The notes: generated by a model from the sequence alone, not told the origin. DNA of 64,000 bases from Octopus sinensis (GCF_006345805.1 NC_043005.1:62620001-62684000); one strand, 5' to 3'; counted from the first letter of the stretch, positions 38,334 through 51,953 are shown. Made by a program: numbers and translations.

Positions 38334-38749
38334 TATGCAACCTTAAATCTTATCCACAAGTATATCCCCAACAGTAAAATACTGATACACAACACTTGAT
38401 ATTTTACTAACAATAAACATTGTTAGTTGCTTCGTCATAAAAATGTAACACCATCTGATATAGAATGAATATACCTCTGTTACTTTTATTCACTAGTTAA
38501 AAAGTATGAGCTGTTTTTATTAACTTTTTTTCTAATTTATTATTTACCTTTATACTGAAAATGAGTATTTTTTTAGATATCTTGTACATGTGCTATAATG
38601 GGAAAAGGTAAAATTATAATGATTGTACCTATGAAATATTGATAGATATATCCAACACTGGCAAAAGTGTATGCATTCTTTGCCAGTAATACGGCAACAG
38701 GCAATATGCATGTGTGTGTGTGTGTGTATGTATGTATGTCTGTATGTAT

Positions 38750-39385
38750 GGAGAGTTAGCTAAAGGAAAATGACCTCCACATAAACCAAAAAAGCGGTAT
38801 AAGGACTTGCAGAATGCTTCCTTAAGAGATGCTTGCATCTCTCCTGACACATGGGAAGGCATAGCTATTGATTATAGCAGGTGGAGAAGGATTGTGCACG
38901 AGGGGACAGCTACTTTTGAGAAATCTTGAGTTGCACATGAGAAGGTAAGGAGCGATGTCAGAAAGGGCATCGCTGTTGCACTTCCAGATGGGAAGGGTCT
39001 TCCTTTGATGCTGACATGCAGTGTCTGTGCAAGACCCTGCCTCAGTAAAGCTGGACTCAAGAGTCATCTTCGTAGTCATAAAGCGAGACAGATGAGTGAC
39101 AACCTGGCCACTGGTGGTGGTGTAACACACCATAGTAATCATATCTGTCAGGCATGTGGAAGAGAGTGTAATTCGGCAGGAGGACTTAAACGACATGCAA
39201 AGGTACATGAAGCCCAGTTACAACTACAGCCGGCTATTACCGGTAAAGGTTTTAGTTGCCAATTCTGTACAAGACATTGTAGATCTTTAGCTGGGCTAAA
39301 AAGTCACATTTGATCACAGCACCAATAACAGTTAAGCTTCGCACAATGGCCATACTCGATAATGAGGGGGCAGCCATAATGTATG
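38750..39385 (+). mobile_element. RTE-clade LINE 3' end with three C-terminal C2H2 fingers
   Basis: GELAKGK*PPHKPKKRYKD..DTWEGIAIDYSRWRRIVHEGTATFE, then CSVC..H..H, CQAC..H..H and CQFC..H (ORF 39005-39313). Confidence 0.85.
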
Positions 39386-39776
39386 TAAGTACCAAAGTAC
39401 ACCCTGATACACAAACATGCACACATACATAAATTCATATATGCACATATGGGTATGTGTTTTGAAAATCTGAAAACAATGGCAGTGATTACACAAAATC
39501 TTCCTTCCAGCAGGTCAATGTTAATGATATATTTTTTTAAAGATTGTTTTATAATCAATAAATTTTAATTGATGGAAATTATTTTTGAAGAATTTACATG
39601 CACATACATGTGTGCACACACACACACACACATTCATTTAGAGTTATATTTATTTTATAAGAGTAACCTAACTCTATCAAAACAGCTACCCATATGTGAT
39701 CACAGTTGTCATTAGTGTGTTTATATTCCACACAATGATGTCTAACTGGCTAATGGGCAACTTCATCTTCCCTAAC

Positions 39777-39875
39777 CTGCCACATACAGCACCCAATACA
39801 AGGAATAGAACTGGGATTTTTGAATATACAGCTGCTGATAAAGTGGTACTAACATCCTGTCTGCAACATGTACAC
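39777..39875 (-). CDS. Candidate 99-nt exon (phase 2-2: CTCCRQDVSTTLSAAVYSKIPVLFLVLGAVCG; or phase 1-1: VHVADRMLVPLYQQ...)
   Basis: ttttatttttcatttttAG acceptor and CAG|GTTAGG donor; two frames are open; non-repetitive, higher-GC island. Confidence 0.45.
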
Positions 39876-40233
39876 CTAAAAATGAAAAATAAAACTGGTG
39901 TTGCTGTGATAGTATAACAACCACATGACCTAAGCTGACCAATAGAAGCCTAAATAACGTAGAAGCTATCTTGAATTTCTTTCAAACTCCTTTATCTTTT
40001 TCCAAACATCGGATGAGGTTGTGAAATGGAAAAAATTCTAAGGATGACAAGTGGTTAAATAAATATATTCAGCTCTCATACTGCCTGACATGTGTTTGTG
40101 TATGTGTGTGTGTGTGTATATATATATAATAAAAGGATACATACATATATATATATTAATATATTATAATTATTGATAAAAACAGTAGGATAACAAAAGA
40201 AAGAGACCTCGATATTATGTAAATAGAGGAATT

Positions 40234-40354
40234 TATCTGTAAATGTAATATGTGACAATTATTCAGTAGCCAAGATAAAACTCTGAGTTTCGGATGCCGA
40301 GGTGGAGTTTTATCTTGGCTACCGAATAATTGTCACATATTACATTTACAGATA
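40234..40354. repeat. Near-perfect palindrome: 50-bp arms, 1 mismatch, 21-bp spacer
   Basis: TATCTGTAAATGTAATATGTGACAATTATTCAGTAGCCAAGATAAAACTC vs its reverse complement at 40305-40354. Confidence 0.97.
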
Positions 40355-40380
40355 TTAATATATTATATATATTTTAAATC

Positions 40381-40592
40381 TATTTATTTCAGTCATTTAG
40401 ACTACGGTCATGCTGGGGCACCAGCTTGAATTTTTAGTCAAGCGAATTGATTCCGGTACTTCTTTTTTAAGCCTGCTACTTATTCTATCAGTCTCTTTTG
40501 CTGAACTGCTAAGTTACAGGGACACAAACACACTAGCACCAGTTGTCAAGCAATCACAGGGGGAAAACACAAAAACAGACACACACACATAG

Positions 40593-40644
<52 letters not shown>

Positions 40645-40855
40645 CACTGAGGGTGTATATATATATATATATGCCTATGCACACACACACACATGTATAT
40701 ATAAGACAGGCTTCTTTCAGTTTCCACCTTCCAAGTCCACTTAAAAGACATTGGTTGGCCTGAGGCTATAGTAGAGGATACCCAAGGTGCCATACAGTGT
40801 GACTGAACCTGGAACCATGTGGCTGGGAATCAAGGTTCTTACCACATAGCCATGC
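40381..40855 (-). mobile_element. SINE family A
   Basis: Reverse complement of the family A head and tail. Confidence 0.85.
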
Positions 40856-41599
40856 ATATTTCATGTATGTATATATATATATGTATATATATATATATAA
40901 TGTATACCTATTATATACATTATATTTTTGTAATTTACTTAATCTTTACTTTTTAATTGTTATTTTAATTTTAACTTTTCTATTATATGTAATTTTCTAG
41001 ATGGTGTAATTTAATTATTCATTCTGAATTGATAAAAAGTGTTTTTTTCTAATATTTTATATATATATTATATTGTGTGGAATTTGATTTAGTATTTCTA
41101 AATTGAATTCTTTTTCCTTGTAAGTTTGGATTTTATTTCCTCAAATAATACTTATTATATGTATATATATATATTGTACATATGTTATCGATGCTCAGAA
41201 ATTGTTAATTAAGCATTTCATCTGACTTCACACTATCAGTATTGTCGAAGCAAAGGCAAGGCTTAACTCATCTTATCACAAGTATTGATGAATTTGTATT
41301 CAGAATATAAAGAACTAGAACAAATTCCACAAGGCATTTTGTCCAGCACTCTAGCATTTTCATTAATCTAATATCTATGACTAGATAGATGAAAATTACA
41401 AATTTCACAGTCATAATTTGAACTATTAATTCAAAGAGCAAGAAAAAATAGCACAGGCATTTTGTTAGGTGCGCTATCCTTTTTGCTCTTCATTGTGTGT
41501 GTGCATGTGCATGCACACACACACTGAATAGTTGACAATAAAAAGATTTACACTAATACCACATCTGAAATGACTACACAGCAATGATAAATATCGTAC

Positions 41600-41677
41600 C
41601 TGTTTCTTTATACTAGTAAAAAACAATGATCTGAATAAATCCTTGGAAATGAGTGAAACAACCTCAATAAATTCGTT
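41600..41677 (-). CDS. Candidate 78-nt exon (NEFIEVVSLISKDLFRSLFFTSIKKQ, phase 0-0)
   Basis: ctaatgtttgatcAG acceptor and CAG|GTACGA donor; only frame 0 is open. Confidence 0.3.
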
Positions 41678-44376
41678 CTGATCAAACATTAGATATATAT
41701 AACTGTTTCTTTTTGTGTGTATGTGTGTGTTATGTATATGCTGGTTTACTCACTGGGCTGCTTTAATCAGCAACAGAATGGAAAAAAAATGCTCACATTA
41801 TTGCTTTTTCCTATCATGTTTTGTAATCTCTTGAGAAATTAGAATGAAATACACTACATTATAATTTCAATTTTGATTGGAAATATTGAATACTGAGAGT
41901 ATAAGATAACATTTCATTGTTTGAAAGAGATATGTTTTCTATTGTTAGTGATAGAATAGTGTAGTAGTTGTTATTTTGGTAGCTTTTGTACTTGACAAGC
42001 AGATGTTCACTTTATAAACCATGGATATAAAAGCTACAAAAGTTTTAAAATTCTACAATTATGATGAAATTCATTGACACTTGCAAGAATATATTGTTTA
42101 ACAATCTACTCCTGCACACTTAGAATTCACATAATGGAGGTTCTTTCCTGCCACCAAGTGAAAGCTGTGTATTTTACAAAATTATGCCAATGACTTTCCT
42201 GTGACAGATGTGAGTGCATTCATGAAGACATGAAAGATATTCTTAATTATTGTCATGATAAATTCTACCTATCTTTGAAAAGCATTTTTCTTTATGACAA
42301 TGTCAAGAATACAAAGAAGTCCTAAGTTTATGGAAACATAAATGTAGGAATGTCTCATAATTTCTAAAAGTGATTTCTGACATTGGTACATGACTAAACA
42401 TTTAGGTTTGGTGTATAGTCAATTAAAGATAGCCCAGTACTTGACAGTACTGACCCTAAAAACATGAAAGGAGGATCTGAACTTAAAATCTATAAGTCAA
42501 TAACTAAATACTTCGAGGCAGTCTGCACAAAACATTTATGAAATCCACTGTTCTTGTAACATATCACTGGAGGCTAATGTTAGTTAGTATAATAAATGGG
42601 AATAATGAAAAACATTTTTCAGGCAGAGCATTTAATGAATTCATAAGACATTATAGATGAATCAATCAGGCAACATGAAAAACAAAATATATCAGCTCTT
42701 TCAGGAAACTTCAATAAATTTGAAAGGCAACATTATTGTAAGATTACTTAGTCTTACATCAGAAGACAGAATAAATTTTCAAGTAAGAAGATATATAGTC
42801 TTTTGAGGGTTAGCAAAATAACTGATAGAAAAATCTCACTTATCTTACTGAATGCTTGACTTATTATAGTCAAATGTAAAATTTATTGTTATTATTAGTG
42901 CCTTCAGTAAAAATTTCTGTTGTAGTTGTTAATGTAAGAGCCAGCACACTTACTGAAAGCAAAGACAATTTATTTTATTGATTCTGCTTATTTACAATAC
43001 AGTTATCTTTGATAAGTTTTCACCATAGATATGTGGAGAGGAAACATGATACACAAGCTCAATCTTATCAATCTTTATTTTTTTCAATGTTTTACGACTA
43101 TTTTTTCATACTGATGGTGAGATGGTTTATGTGGGACAACTGTTTTTCACACCTTGAGATCCTTATAACGGCTAACTATCTGACTCAGAACTCATTGGAA
43201 ATTTATATATCTTTTGGTTAAGTGGCAAGAAGAGGTCAAATATTAATGTAACCAAAGAGTTGTGCTCCTGGAGCAAGATTTGAACTTATGAATATGCCAT
43301 GCATAGTTCACTGCATTATCTTCTCAAAAACTGTGTTGTTAATATAGTTGTAAGGTTTTTCTTTTTATATTTCCTTATTTTGAATTTTTTAAATATTTCA
43401 AAACGGCAAGTTCAGCATAAAAATTGATTGCTAAGGAAGATAGTATTGTTCCTTAGAATACTCTTAATTTTGATTATCAAATATCTTAATGTTAGATGCT
43501 TACTTTAGGCAGCTATATCAGGTGGTTGTTGTCAATAAAGATGGGTGTTGACTGAAAGTTGATATCTTGGAGATTCTATTACTTAAAATACGAAATATTA
43601 ATTAACAAATGTTACTTAAAGATAAAGATAATGTGATGAGAAAAGCACGTTTATACTATTAATGATTTTGACACAAGCAATACAATATAGGTCCACCTGT
43701 ATAAATTGAAATATTTGAAGAGAATCTAAATGAATATAAGCTAGACAAAGAAGTGATATTGTTAATAAATTCTGTGATGGCTATCTTAATACTGACTCCA
43801 AGAACACTATTAGTTTAAAATGAAACTAACAAAATTTCTGATTCTTTCCATATTAATAATAGAAAACTATAATTGTTTGGGGAATATAACAGACAATTAC
43901 CACATTGTCTCTAAATAAATAATATTTGTAGATACATCATATAAACTACTGCTATTTGTGCAACAGTCTTAATAATTTGAACATAAATTTTTTATAAACA
44001 GGGAGAGAATTGATTCTTAACTTCAATGCGTGCACACACACACACATTTTTACAAGGCAAAGGTTGACAGATACATAATATCTATATATACATTCATAAA
44101 TGTATGTATATATATATATATATATACAGACAGTCATATATATGTGTGTCTATGTATATGTATATATATATATACACGCATAGTCATATATATGTGTGTA
44201 TATGTATATATATATATACACACAGTCATATATATGTGTGTATATGTATATATATATATATATATATACACACATTTGCATATATATACACATACATGCA
44301 CACACATATTTATATATATGCACACATTTATATCAATTCTATGGTGTACATGGAGGCTATATATTTTGTTTAAGAA

Positions 44377-46650
44377 ATGAAGAAAGAACAAGGCATTCAT
44401 GATGCAAATGATCTAATTTGCAACACTAATGTCAGAAAACCAGGTAGTTACATGGCCACTTATGAATTTGGTGGGCATACAAGCCAGATTGACTACATTC
44501 TAATCAGAAAAGAAGATTAACAGATGTAACAGCAAAGTCCTCTGATGAAAACGATACAACTCAACATAAGTTAGTGGCTAGTGACTTCAGATGTAGAGCT
44601 AGATGGATTCAGAGAGAGAGACATACACACAAACTAGTCAGGAAATGGAAGATATGAAGGCTCAAAAATCTACAGAACAGTCAGGGATTTGGAGAAACAT
44701 TTGACAAGAAGGAGGAGATGATGTATAACATAGAGGACGATTAAAAGTTCTTACAAGACAACCTACTGAGGGTTAACAGAGCATATTTGTGGCTGGTGCA
44801 AATTTCCAACCAGACCAAAGGTGAAGTGGTGGTGTAACAGAGAAGTAAACAGAGTCATAAAGGTGAAGAGACAGGCTTGGGTGGAATGGAACAATGATGG
44901 TAATAGAGAATTATACCACATAGCTAGAAGAAATGCTAGGCAACATGTTTACTTAGCAAGGGTAGAAGCAGAAAGGAAGAGGTTTACTAACATTCTACAG
45001 TATGAGAACTGGAGGCATGAATTGTTCAGGATTGCATGACAGTTTATCAGTGAGAATCAAGAAGCTGTGGGATAGATGTATATAGATGGAAAATGGTACA
45101 TTTGCACATAATGATTCTGAAAAGGAAGTGAAATGGAAGAGTGACTATGAAAAGCAATTAATTGTGAGGAATGCATGGAAAACAGAGAGTTATCCCAAAT
45201 GGATGCAAGAATTGATCCAGTCATTCTAGTTAACAATAGTTTGATAGATAAAGCAATTAAGAAGGCATGAAAACCACTGGGCCATCAGAAATTATTAACG
45301 AGATGCTTAAAATACTGGGTGGTGCAGGATATGGCCTCCATAATTAATCAGTGTGAACAGGAAGGTGCCAAAGAGCATTATAGTTAGCTGTTATAAAGGT
45401 AAAGATTGTTATAGAGAGAAATAATTACATAGGTATAAATTTGCTGGACCAGGCCATGCAAGTTATGGAAAGAGTTGTAGCTTGGTTAATTAGTGAAAAA
45501 GACATGATGAGATGCTGCTTGGTTTGTGCCAGGGAAAAATATACATGATCTCTTTCTGGTGAGGCAACTGCAGGAGAAGTACTTGGCTAAAAGTAAGCCA
45601 CTGTACTTTGTTGACCTGGAGAAAGACATTGACAGGGCCCCTTGATGTATGATCAAGTGGTTAATAAAGAAGATAACGGTGGATAAATGGCTTGTGAGTG
45701 TCATGTAAGCTATTTCCAGTAGGAAACGCTAAATGCTGATGACCTTATTCTTAATGTAGAGATATTAGAAATGAAATTCAAGAAGCAAAATCTAGAAGCA
45801 AAAGGCATCAAAGTTAACTTAGCAAAGACCGAAAAGTTTATTAAGCTGGAAAGTAGTCAAGACTATTTTTATCAAGGACATGGCCTTACTCAATACATTG
45901 AAAAGTGTAGGTATAAATTCCATATGGCGTACCCAGTGCAAACTATGGGCACAAAAGAGTGCAGTGATATTACAGTCAAGTTAACAGAGAAAGTAGAATT
46001 TGTAAGAGACCGATTCACAGGAGCAATAATCATTAAGAGTACACCGAAAATAAAGTTTATCAAATGCCTAGGAGGATCCCTAGAGGCAGGAGATGACTTC
46101 TGTTACCTACATGATCTAACTGGTAATAAAGGAGGTTGTTCTGAAAGTATAATTGCTAGAATAAGAATAAGATGGGAAAAAGATCAGAGAGATATTACCA
46201 CTGTTAACAAATGGCTTTTGTCTCAAAATGAAAGACAGATTGTATGATGCTTATGTATGAACAGTACTTACTACATAGTAGTGAAAAGTGAGCTCTGAAT
46301 GCAGAGAACATGTAAAGACTAGAAAGAACTAAAGCTAGCATGCTCTACTGAATGTGCAAAACCAATGTGCATGAATGACAAAATGCAAATGTGTTGAGAG
46401 AAAAGTTAGGCATAAGAGAAACCAGATGTTGTGTTGTGTGAAAAAGGGAAGACTGCTTTAGTTAGGAAATGTGATGCGAATGGATGAGAGCAGCTGTGTA
46501 AAGAAATGCTAATCCCTTAAGATGAGGTTTGTTGAATAGGAAGATGCAGGAAGACATGGGACAAAACAATGAAGGGTGACCTTAAAAGTTTGAATCTATG
46601 CAGAAGATGATAAAGGACCCAGATATTGGTGACATGCAGTGCCTGAGAAA
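44377..46650 (+). mobile_element. Decayed RTE-clade LINE ORF2 (APE end, RT, PHD-like insert, C-terminus)
   Basis: YEFGGHTSQIDYILIRK; NYIGINLLDQAMQVMER; LVRQLQEKYLAKSKPLYFVDLEK; NADDL; DDFCYL; many stops and frameshifts. Confidence 0.9.
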
Positions 46651-47719
46651 ACTTGGAAATATCAGTGAAACTGAGGTTCTGGAAACCATTTGTCTAGTTT
46701 TTTTTTCTCCTCTAATCTTCCCTCTATCCTCACCATTCTCTATCACTGATATCTCCATCACTAACCGACTGCAGTATTCTGTTGCTGTAATCAAATGAGG
46801 ACATAACTACATATTGGGATACCAGTTAGTTTTCTCACTGTTTGGAACCACTTCAGTTGACTTCTATCCTTCATTCTTACATTGTTTCTCTTCACTCACA
46901 TTTTATATTGATCAACCCATCCTTGCATACTACCAAACTATTTCTTTCACCCCTCTCCACTGAGCCAATTCCTCTTGATAAACCCATATCATCATACATC
47001 TCTCACTCTCTCTCCCCATGCATTGTGGATTTCTCTCCACCCACACTCTTGCAATCTCCCCACACACATGTCAACTCTTTTTATCTGTTCTGTTCTTCAA
47101 CCTCCTCTGTTACCAATCAGCACATACTTAAATGTACGACTGATTACCCTGCCACCATTCACTACATTCATCCCTATATCTTTCCCAATCATCTATTCCT
47201 GACCTCTAACTCATATCTTATCATAGACTACAGCCTTACCCCTTTTCCTAACTTCTCTCACGTTCTCCATTCATTCTTGTTATCTCTATCCAACCTTCCA
47301 TCCTGTTTTTCTGCCCCATAGGGCCTTCTGAAACCTCATCATTACCATCTCAATTTCTCTCTCCAGCTCTCCCAATTACTCCCACCCTTTGTTGCATAAT
47401 GTGAGCAGCTATGTATCTCTTCTACAGCAAGGAACCTGTCCTGGCCTCTTCCTTGATACTCCAAACTTTCGTCACCTTGCATAAAGCTGACTTCTTCTAT
47501 ACTGCTAGGGATTTTAGTCTTGCAAGCTACATAGTACGTTGATTTTATCATGGAAAAAGACCTTAGTACAATCAGTTAAGTAGTTGGCATGAGGAATGTC
47601 ATCCAGCTACAAAAACTAGGTCAAAGCAGAGACTGGATCACAATGCAGTCCTCTGAACCAGAAAATCCTATCAAACTATCCAGCTTATACAAGCAAATAA
47701 AAAAATGCGTGTATGTGTG

Positions 47720-47732
47720 TGTGTAGATAGAT

Positions 47733-47765
<33 letters not shown>

Positions 47766-47818
47766 TGGATAGATAGATAGATAGATAGATAGAAAGGTAG
47801 ACAAATAGATAAGTAGAC

Positions 47819-47907
<89 letters not shown>

Positions 47908-47908
47908 T
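47720..47908. repeat. (GATA)n/(GACA)n microsatellite
   Basis: Seen directly in the sequence. Confidence 0.95.
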
Positions 47909-48019
47909 ACACATGGTAATTGGGCTACGTTTGACAGTTTGCATAAAAGAAAAAGAAAATCTAGTATTCCATCCAACAATATAAGTATTTTAAAATAATC
48001 AAAAAATATCAATTAGATT

Positions 48020-48720
48020 ATGGCTGGGAGATAACAATGTACTCAAAGTAGCCACTCTCAGGTTCCACCATTGCTTCAACATGGCTCCAGAACATGGCAC
48101 ATGCATTCCTCACCGTGTCCCAGGGAAACCTCTGAACACCATGATCTTCCCCACCAGCTTAGCCTTGGCAGTGTAGGAAGAGCAGTTGGTGGCTTTCTCA
48201 ACTGTGCCCTACACATAGTGATCCATGAGATTACAATCGAGGGAGTTAGGGGCCCACCAATTGGGGCTGGGGAAGTCGCAGAAATTCTGACAACCACTTC
48301 TGACCCTTTCTGCAGGAAAGGTTAGAAGCCAAATCCCCACATGCGATCTTCTAGCAGCAACCTTTTCCAGCCATGGTTTGACCACAGTCTCCAGCAGCTT
48401 CATATAACCATTTGAACTAAGCCTAAATTCCTGTTAAAAGATGTGGGTATTAATTTCTGTGTGTACAAGCAGTCCAAACACCAGCTGTGCCCATTTCTAC
48501 TGAGTTCCTTCCTACTGGTGATGGCTTTGTAGCATCCACTATAGCAGTTCCTGTCATGTCTTACAACTTTTACAATGTTCACAAAGCACTGAACAGCAGT
48601 CATGATGTTAAGATTCTGATATCCAGTGTGAGTCATCTTGATACAGATAACGCTTCTCCAATATTCAAGTGGCTTCCATTCCCCATTTTAGCTAATTTCT
48701 TTTAAACAACTTTAATCTTT
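48020..48720 (-). mobile_element. IS630-Tc1-mariner superfamily transposase remnant, internally deleted
   Basis: MKLLETVVKPWLEKVAARRSHV..QNFCDFPSPNWWAPNSLDCNLMDHYV resembles the WPPNSPDxNPxDY motif. Confidence 0.8.
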
Positions 48721-49259
48721 ATGCTCTCCAAAGTCATTTACTGTTTACCAATACATCAAACCGTAACTGAAAAAAGGAGACATAAAATATTTCCAAATTT
48801 AGTCTCAAATACTCTATGTGCATACATAAAAATGTACATACGTATGTGTATGTACACACATCTATACATACAGCAACACACACACACACACACACAAACA
48901 CATAGTTTTAAAGATAAAATGAACAGATATTTTGGGTATTACTGCATAGGTTTCATCTTTATTATAACTACAGTATGTTAAATGTACCAATTATTCCATG
49001 GATACCTTTGGATTTATAGAATACAAGATGCCAGTGAACTATTCTTTCAGCTTAGCCTTAACCATAAATCTGACTTGTTTGTTTACCTGAAGTTTTAGTT
49101 ATACTGTCTCGGCAAAACACATGGTGTCTTTTGCTGATGATTTGCCTTGATCTATTTACTTCATTGATTCCCTCATCTATATATATATATATAGACATTG
49201 ATACAAACACATATATACCACTCTATCATTTTGATGTAACCATCAGATGTCCTCATACA

Positions 49260-49700
49260 TCAATTGTCATAATGTACTTCCATTTTTTCCAATAATTATA
49301 CCCTTCTTTCTCATTTGGGTTCAAATGTTTTGACTATATTATTTCCCATCAACATGGGGCTTTTTCAAGTGGTCCACATTTTGTCTCTGAGCTTTGTGTC
49401 ATGTCCATCCCATTGGAGCTTGTGCTCCATTCTGTTCTTGAGTTATCTTGTTTTGGATATGCTCCTGCAATAATTTTCATATCATAGATCTTTTCATGGT
49501 TCTCTGTACTATAGCCAGTCATGCCCCTTCCTTTGTTGTAGCCTATGTCTTTCTTGCATTTAAGAGTGTAAGTAGAATGGTGTATAGAAGAGATTTTCAT
49601 GCAGGGTATAGTCCAGCAGAGCTTTGAGTACATTGTTAATTGAGGTATATGCATTTCATCCTGCTCTTACTCTGCGTGAGATATCAGTATTCATATCTTG
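49260..49700 (-). mobile_element. RTE-like LINE C-terminal fragment
   Basis: Decayed frame ..LKNRMEHKLQWDGHDTKLRDKMWT.. resembles LxWAGHVAR..DNRWT. Confidence 0.5.
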
Positions 49701-49889
49701 GCACATATATATGTAAATGTAACATTAAATTACGAAACAGGTAGTAATAAGCAGTTGACAACTGAGGATGAGTTAGACTGTTTTTGGTATTTTGTCCCAT
49801 ACATTTTTTGCTCATTGGTGATGTCCCGTACTTGATAAGTATTTTTTCATTTTTATTTTATAAATATATATGCGTGTGTATATGTGTGT

Positions 49890-50145
49890 GTAGAGGTGTA
49901 ATTGTCCAGTGGTTATGTATTCATGGCCGTAGGATTGCAGTTTTGATTTCCAGATCAGGCGTTGCGAGTGCTTATTGAGCCAGCCTTGTCACACTCTGTG
50001 TCATGCTGAATCGCCCTGAAAACTATGTTAAGGGTACATGTGTCTGTAGAGTGCTCAGCCATCAGCATGTTAATTTCACGAGCAGGCTGTTCCATTGATT
50101 GGATCAACCGGAACCCTCATTGTCATAATCGATGGAGTGCCATGG
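49890..50145 (+). mobile_element. SINE family C
   Basis: tRNA-like head GGTGTAATTGTCCAGTGGTT; body shared with 36255-36580. Confidence 0.75.
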
Positions 50146-50199
50146 CAATATATATATGCATTCTGTTTGTCCTAAGTAAATATACTCCTTCAACTCCTC

Positions 50200-50440
50200 A
50201 ATGTCTTCATTGTCCTTTTAATGGCCACTTTTCTATGCTTGTGTGAATCTGATGGAATTCAGTGAGGCAGATTTTCAGCAACCAGATTGCTTTCTTGTTA
50301 CCAGTCCACACCTGTTTCCAAGCAAGGTAACATTTCCCCCATGGCAGGACATATTTTCATAGAAGATTAAAAACGTGCAACATATATGTATGATGGTGAC
50401 ACTTATTTACAACCATCATGTGCTGTCAAGATAAGGACAC
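50200..50440 (-). mobile_element. Non-autonomous element related to 13114-13345
   Basis: CACCTGTTTCCAAGCAAGGTAACATTTCCCCCATGGCAGGACAT shared motif. Confidence 0.55.
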
Positions 50441-51908
50441 ATATCTATTTGTATGTGTGTGTGTGTGTGTTAACTAAATACACTCACAAGGCTTTGGTCT
50501 ACATGGGACCATATTACAAGACACTTGTCCAATAGTGGGACTGAACTTGGATTATATCATTGAGAAGCAAGCTTCTTAATCACTGAACTATGCTTGTAAG
50601 TTTAATACATTTGAGATTATGGTATCTTAATGAATTTTTAAATACTCTAAAGGTCATTGACCTGTTATTGAAAGAAAAAGGTATTCAAAGACTATGATAA
50701 AAAATCTTTGACTTGTGACAGGGAGTGTGATTGCTAACAAAAGAAATAGTCTTTGTCACTTTTCTACTTTAGAATATTCATTTTATTTTCCATTTTCCCA
50801 AATTAGTTACATGCAGCAATAATCTATTTATTGGGGTGTCTAAAAATTATAATCTTAATAAAGTGACCACATTATTGTGCGAAGAATTACTATGAAGTAA
50901 TATTTCTTTTTATGAAAGAGTGACAATGACAATATTTGAAATCTAACCTTGTTAATTCAATCTAATATATTTATTTGATGCAATATTGATAGCAAATACT
51001 TGAGGTAAAATACATATAGACTTCACTGTGAGTTTATTCAGATTCTATAAAATAGAATAAATTTAGAACAAATATCTTTATGGAAAGAAGAAAAAACCCT
51101 TTCATTATTCCTTTATGCTTAAAATGTTTGATAGAATATTCAACTAGCTTTCATTCAGTTTTAATTAATATTATTGTTTCTTTTTTCGGTTTAAAATGAT
51201 GTCAAATTAAATTAACACTAGAAGTGGAAGGGAGAAGTATTGAAAGAGTGGGAAAAGACAGAATCTAGCAAATCAAGCAATACAAAAAATTTTAAATTGT
51301 GAGTGAGAAGGAAGGAAAGAGAAAGAAATATGAATGCTTAAGGGGAGAGGGGCATAGAAATTCTATGTTCAGAGAAAGAGAAAGAGAAAGATAATGTGCA
51401 ATTTTAAAAAACTGTGTGTGTGTGTGTGTGCATGTGCATGTGTCTGTGTGTATAGTGCATATGCATGTGTGTGTACATGAGTCAAATATATATTCAGTGT
51501 GGCAAGTCACGAAAATTTAATTAATTCAAATTCCACAGTGATGACAAGTCATTTTTCAAAAGATTGATACTGGTCAAAAAAGCAAGGAGATAGTCCAAAA
51601 TTTAAATTAAATAATTTCCAAGATACATATCATGGATGCTTGATGAAATAGTTAAGTACCAGACTAAATGCCTTCTGGTATCTAGTTACATCCCTTTACT
51701 GAGGTTCATTTTTGCCTTCATTCTCCAGGAATGAGAAAATAAAGTAGGAATGATGTGCTGAGACTAATTTAGTTTACTACAGACTGTCCTTACAAATTTG
51801 TAGCCTTGTACTAAAAGTTAGATCCTATAAAATTATAGCTATAATATTATATATATAACAAATTATATATTATCTGCAGTCATCTAAGATTTGTTCTAAC
51901 AGTTAGAT

Positions 51909-51953
51909 TATGCTTCACTGATGAAGTCCAATAAGACTAAAACATGTCCATAG
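51909..51953 (+). ncRNA. Degenerate minimal hammerhead-like core
   Basis: CTGATGA-AGTC-caataa-GACT-AAAA-CATG-TC; G12 is mutated to A and helix I is unconvincing. Confidence 0.4.

Noticed and set aside
38552-38558. 7-nt micro-exon-like AG|TATAAAG|GTAAAT on the minus strand
   Set aside because: Such motifs are expected by chance in AT-rich DNA; no phase support
42705-42782. Plus-strand 78-nt open segment with AG/GT ends (ETSINLKGNIIVRLLSLTSEDRINFQ)
   Set aside because: No recognisable homology and no partner exons
45771-46247. 158-aa ORF
   Set aside because: A frameshifted piece of the decayed RTE ORF2, not a host gene
46842-47321. 159-aa Ser/Pro/Leu/His-rich ORF
   Set aside because: Pyrimidine-rich, low-complexity strand, probably antisense to a decayed purine-rich LINE segment
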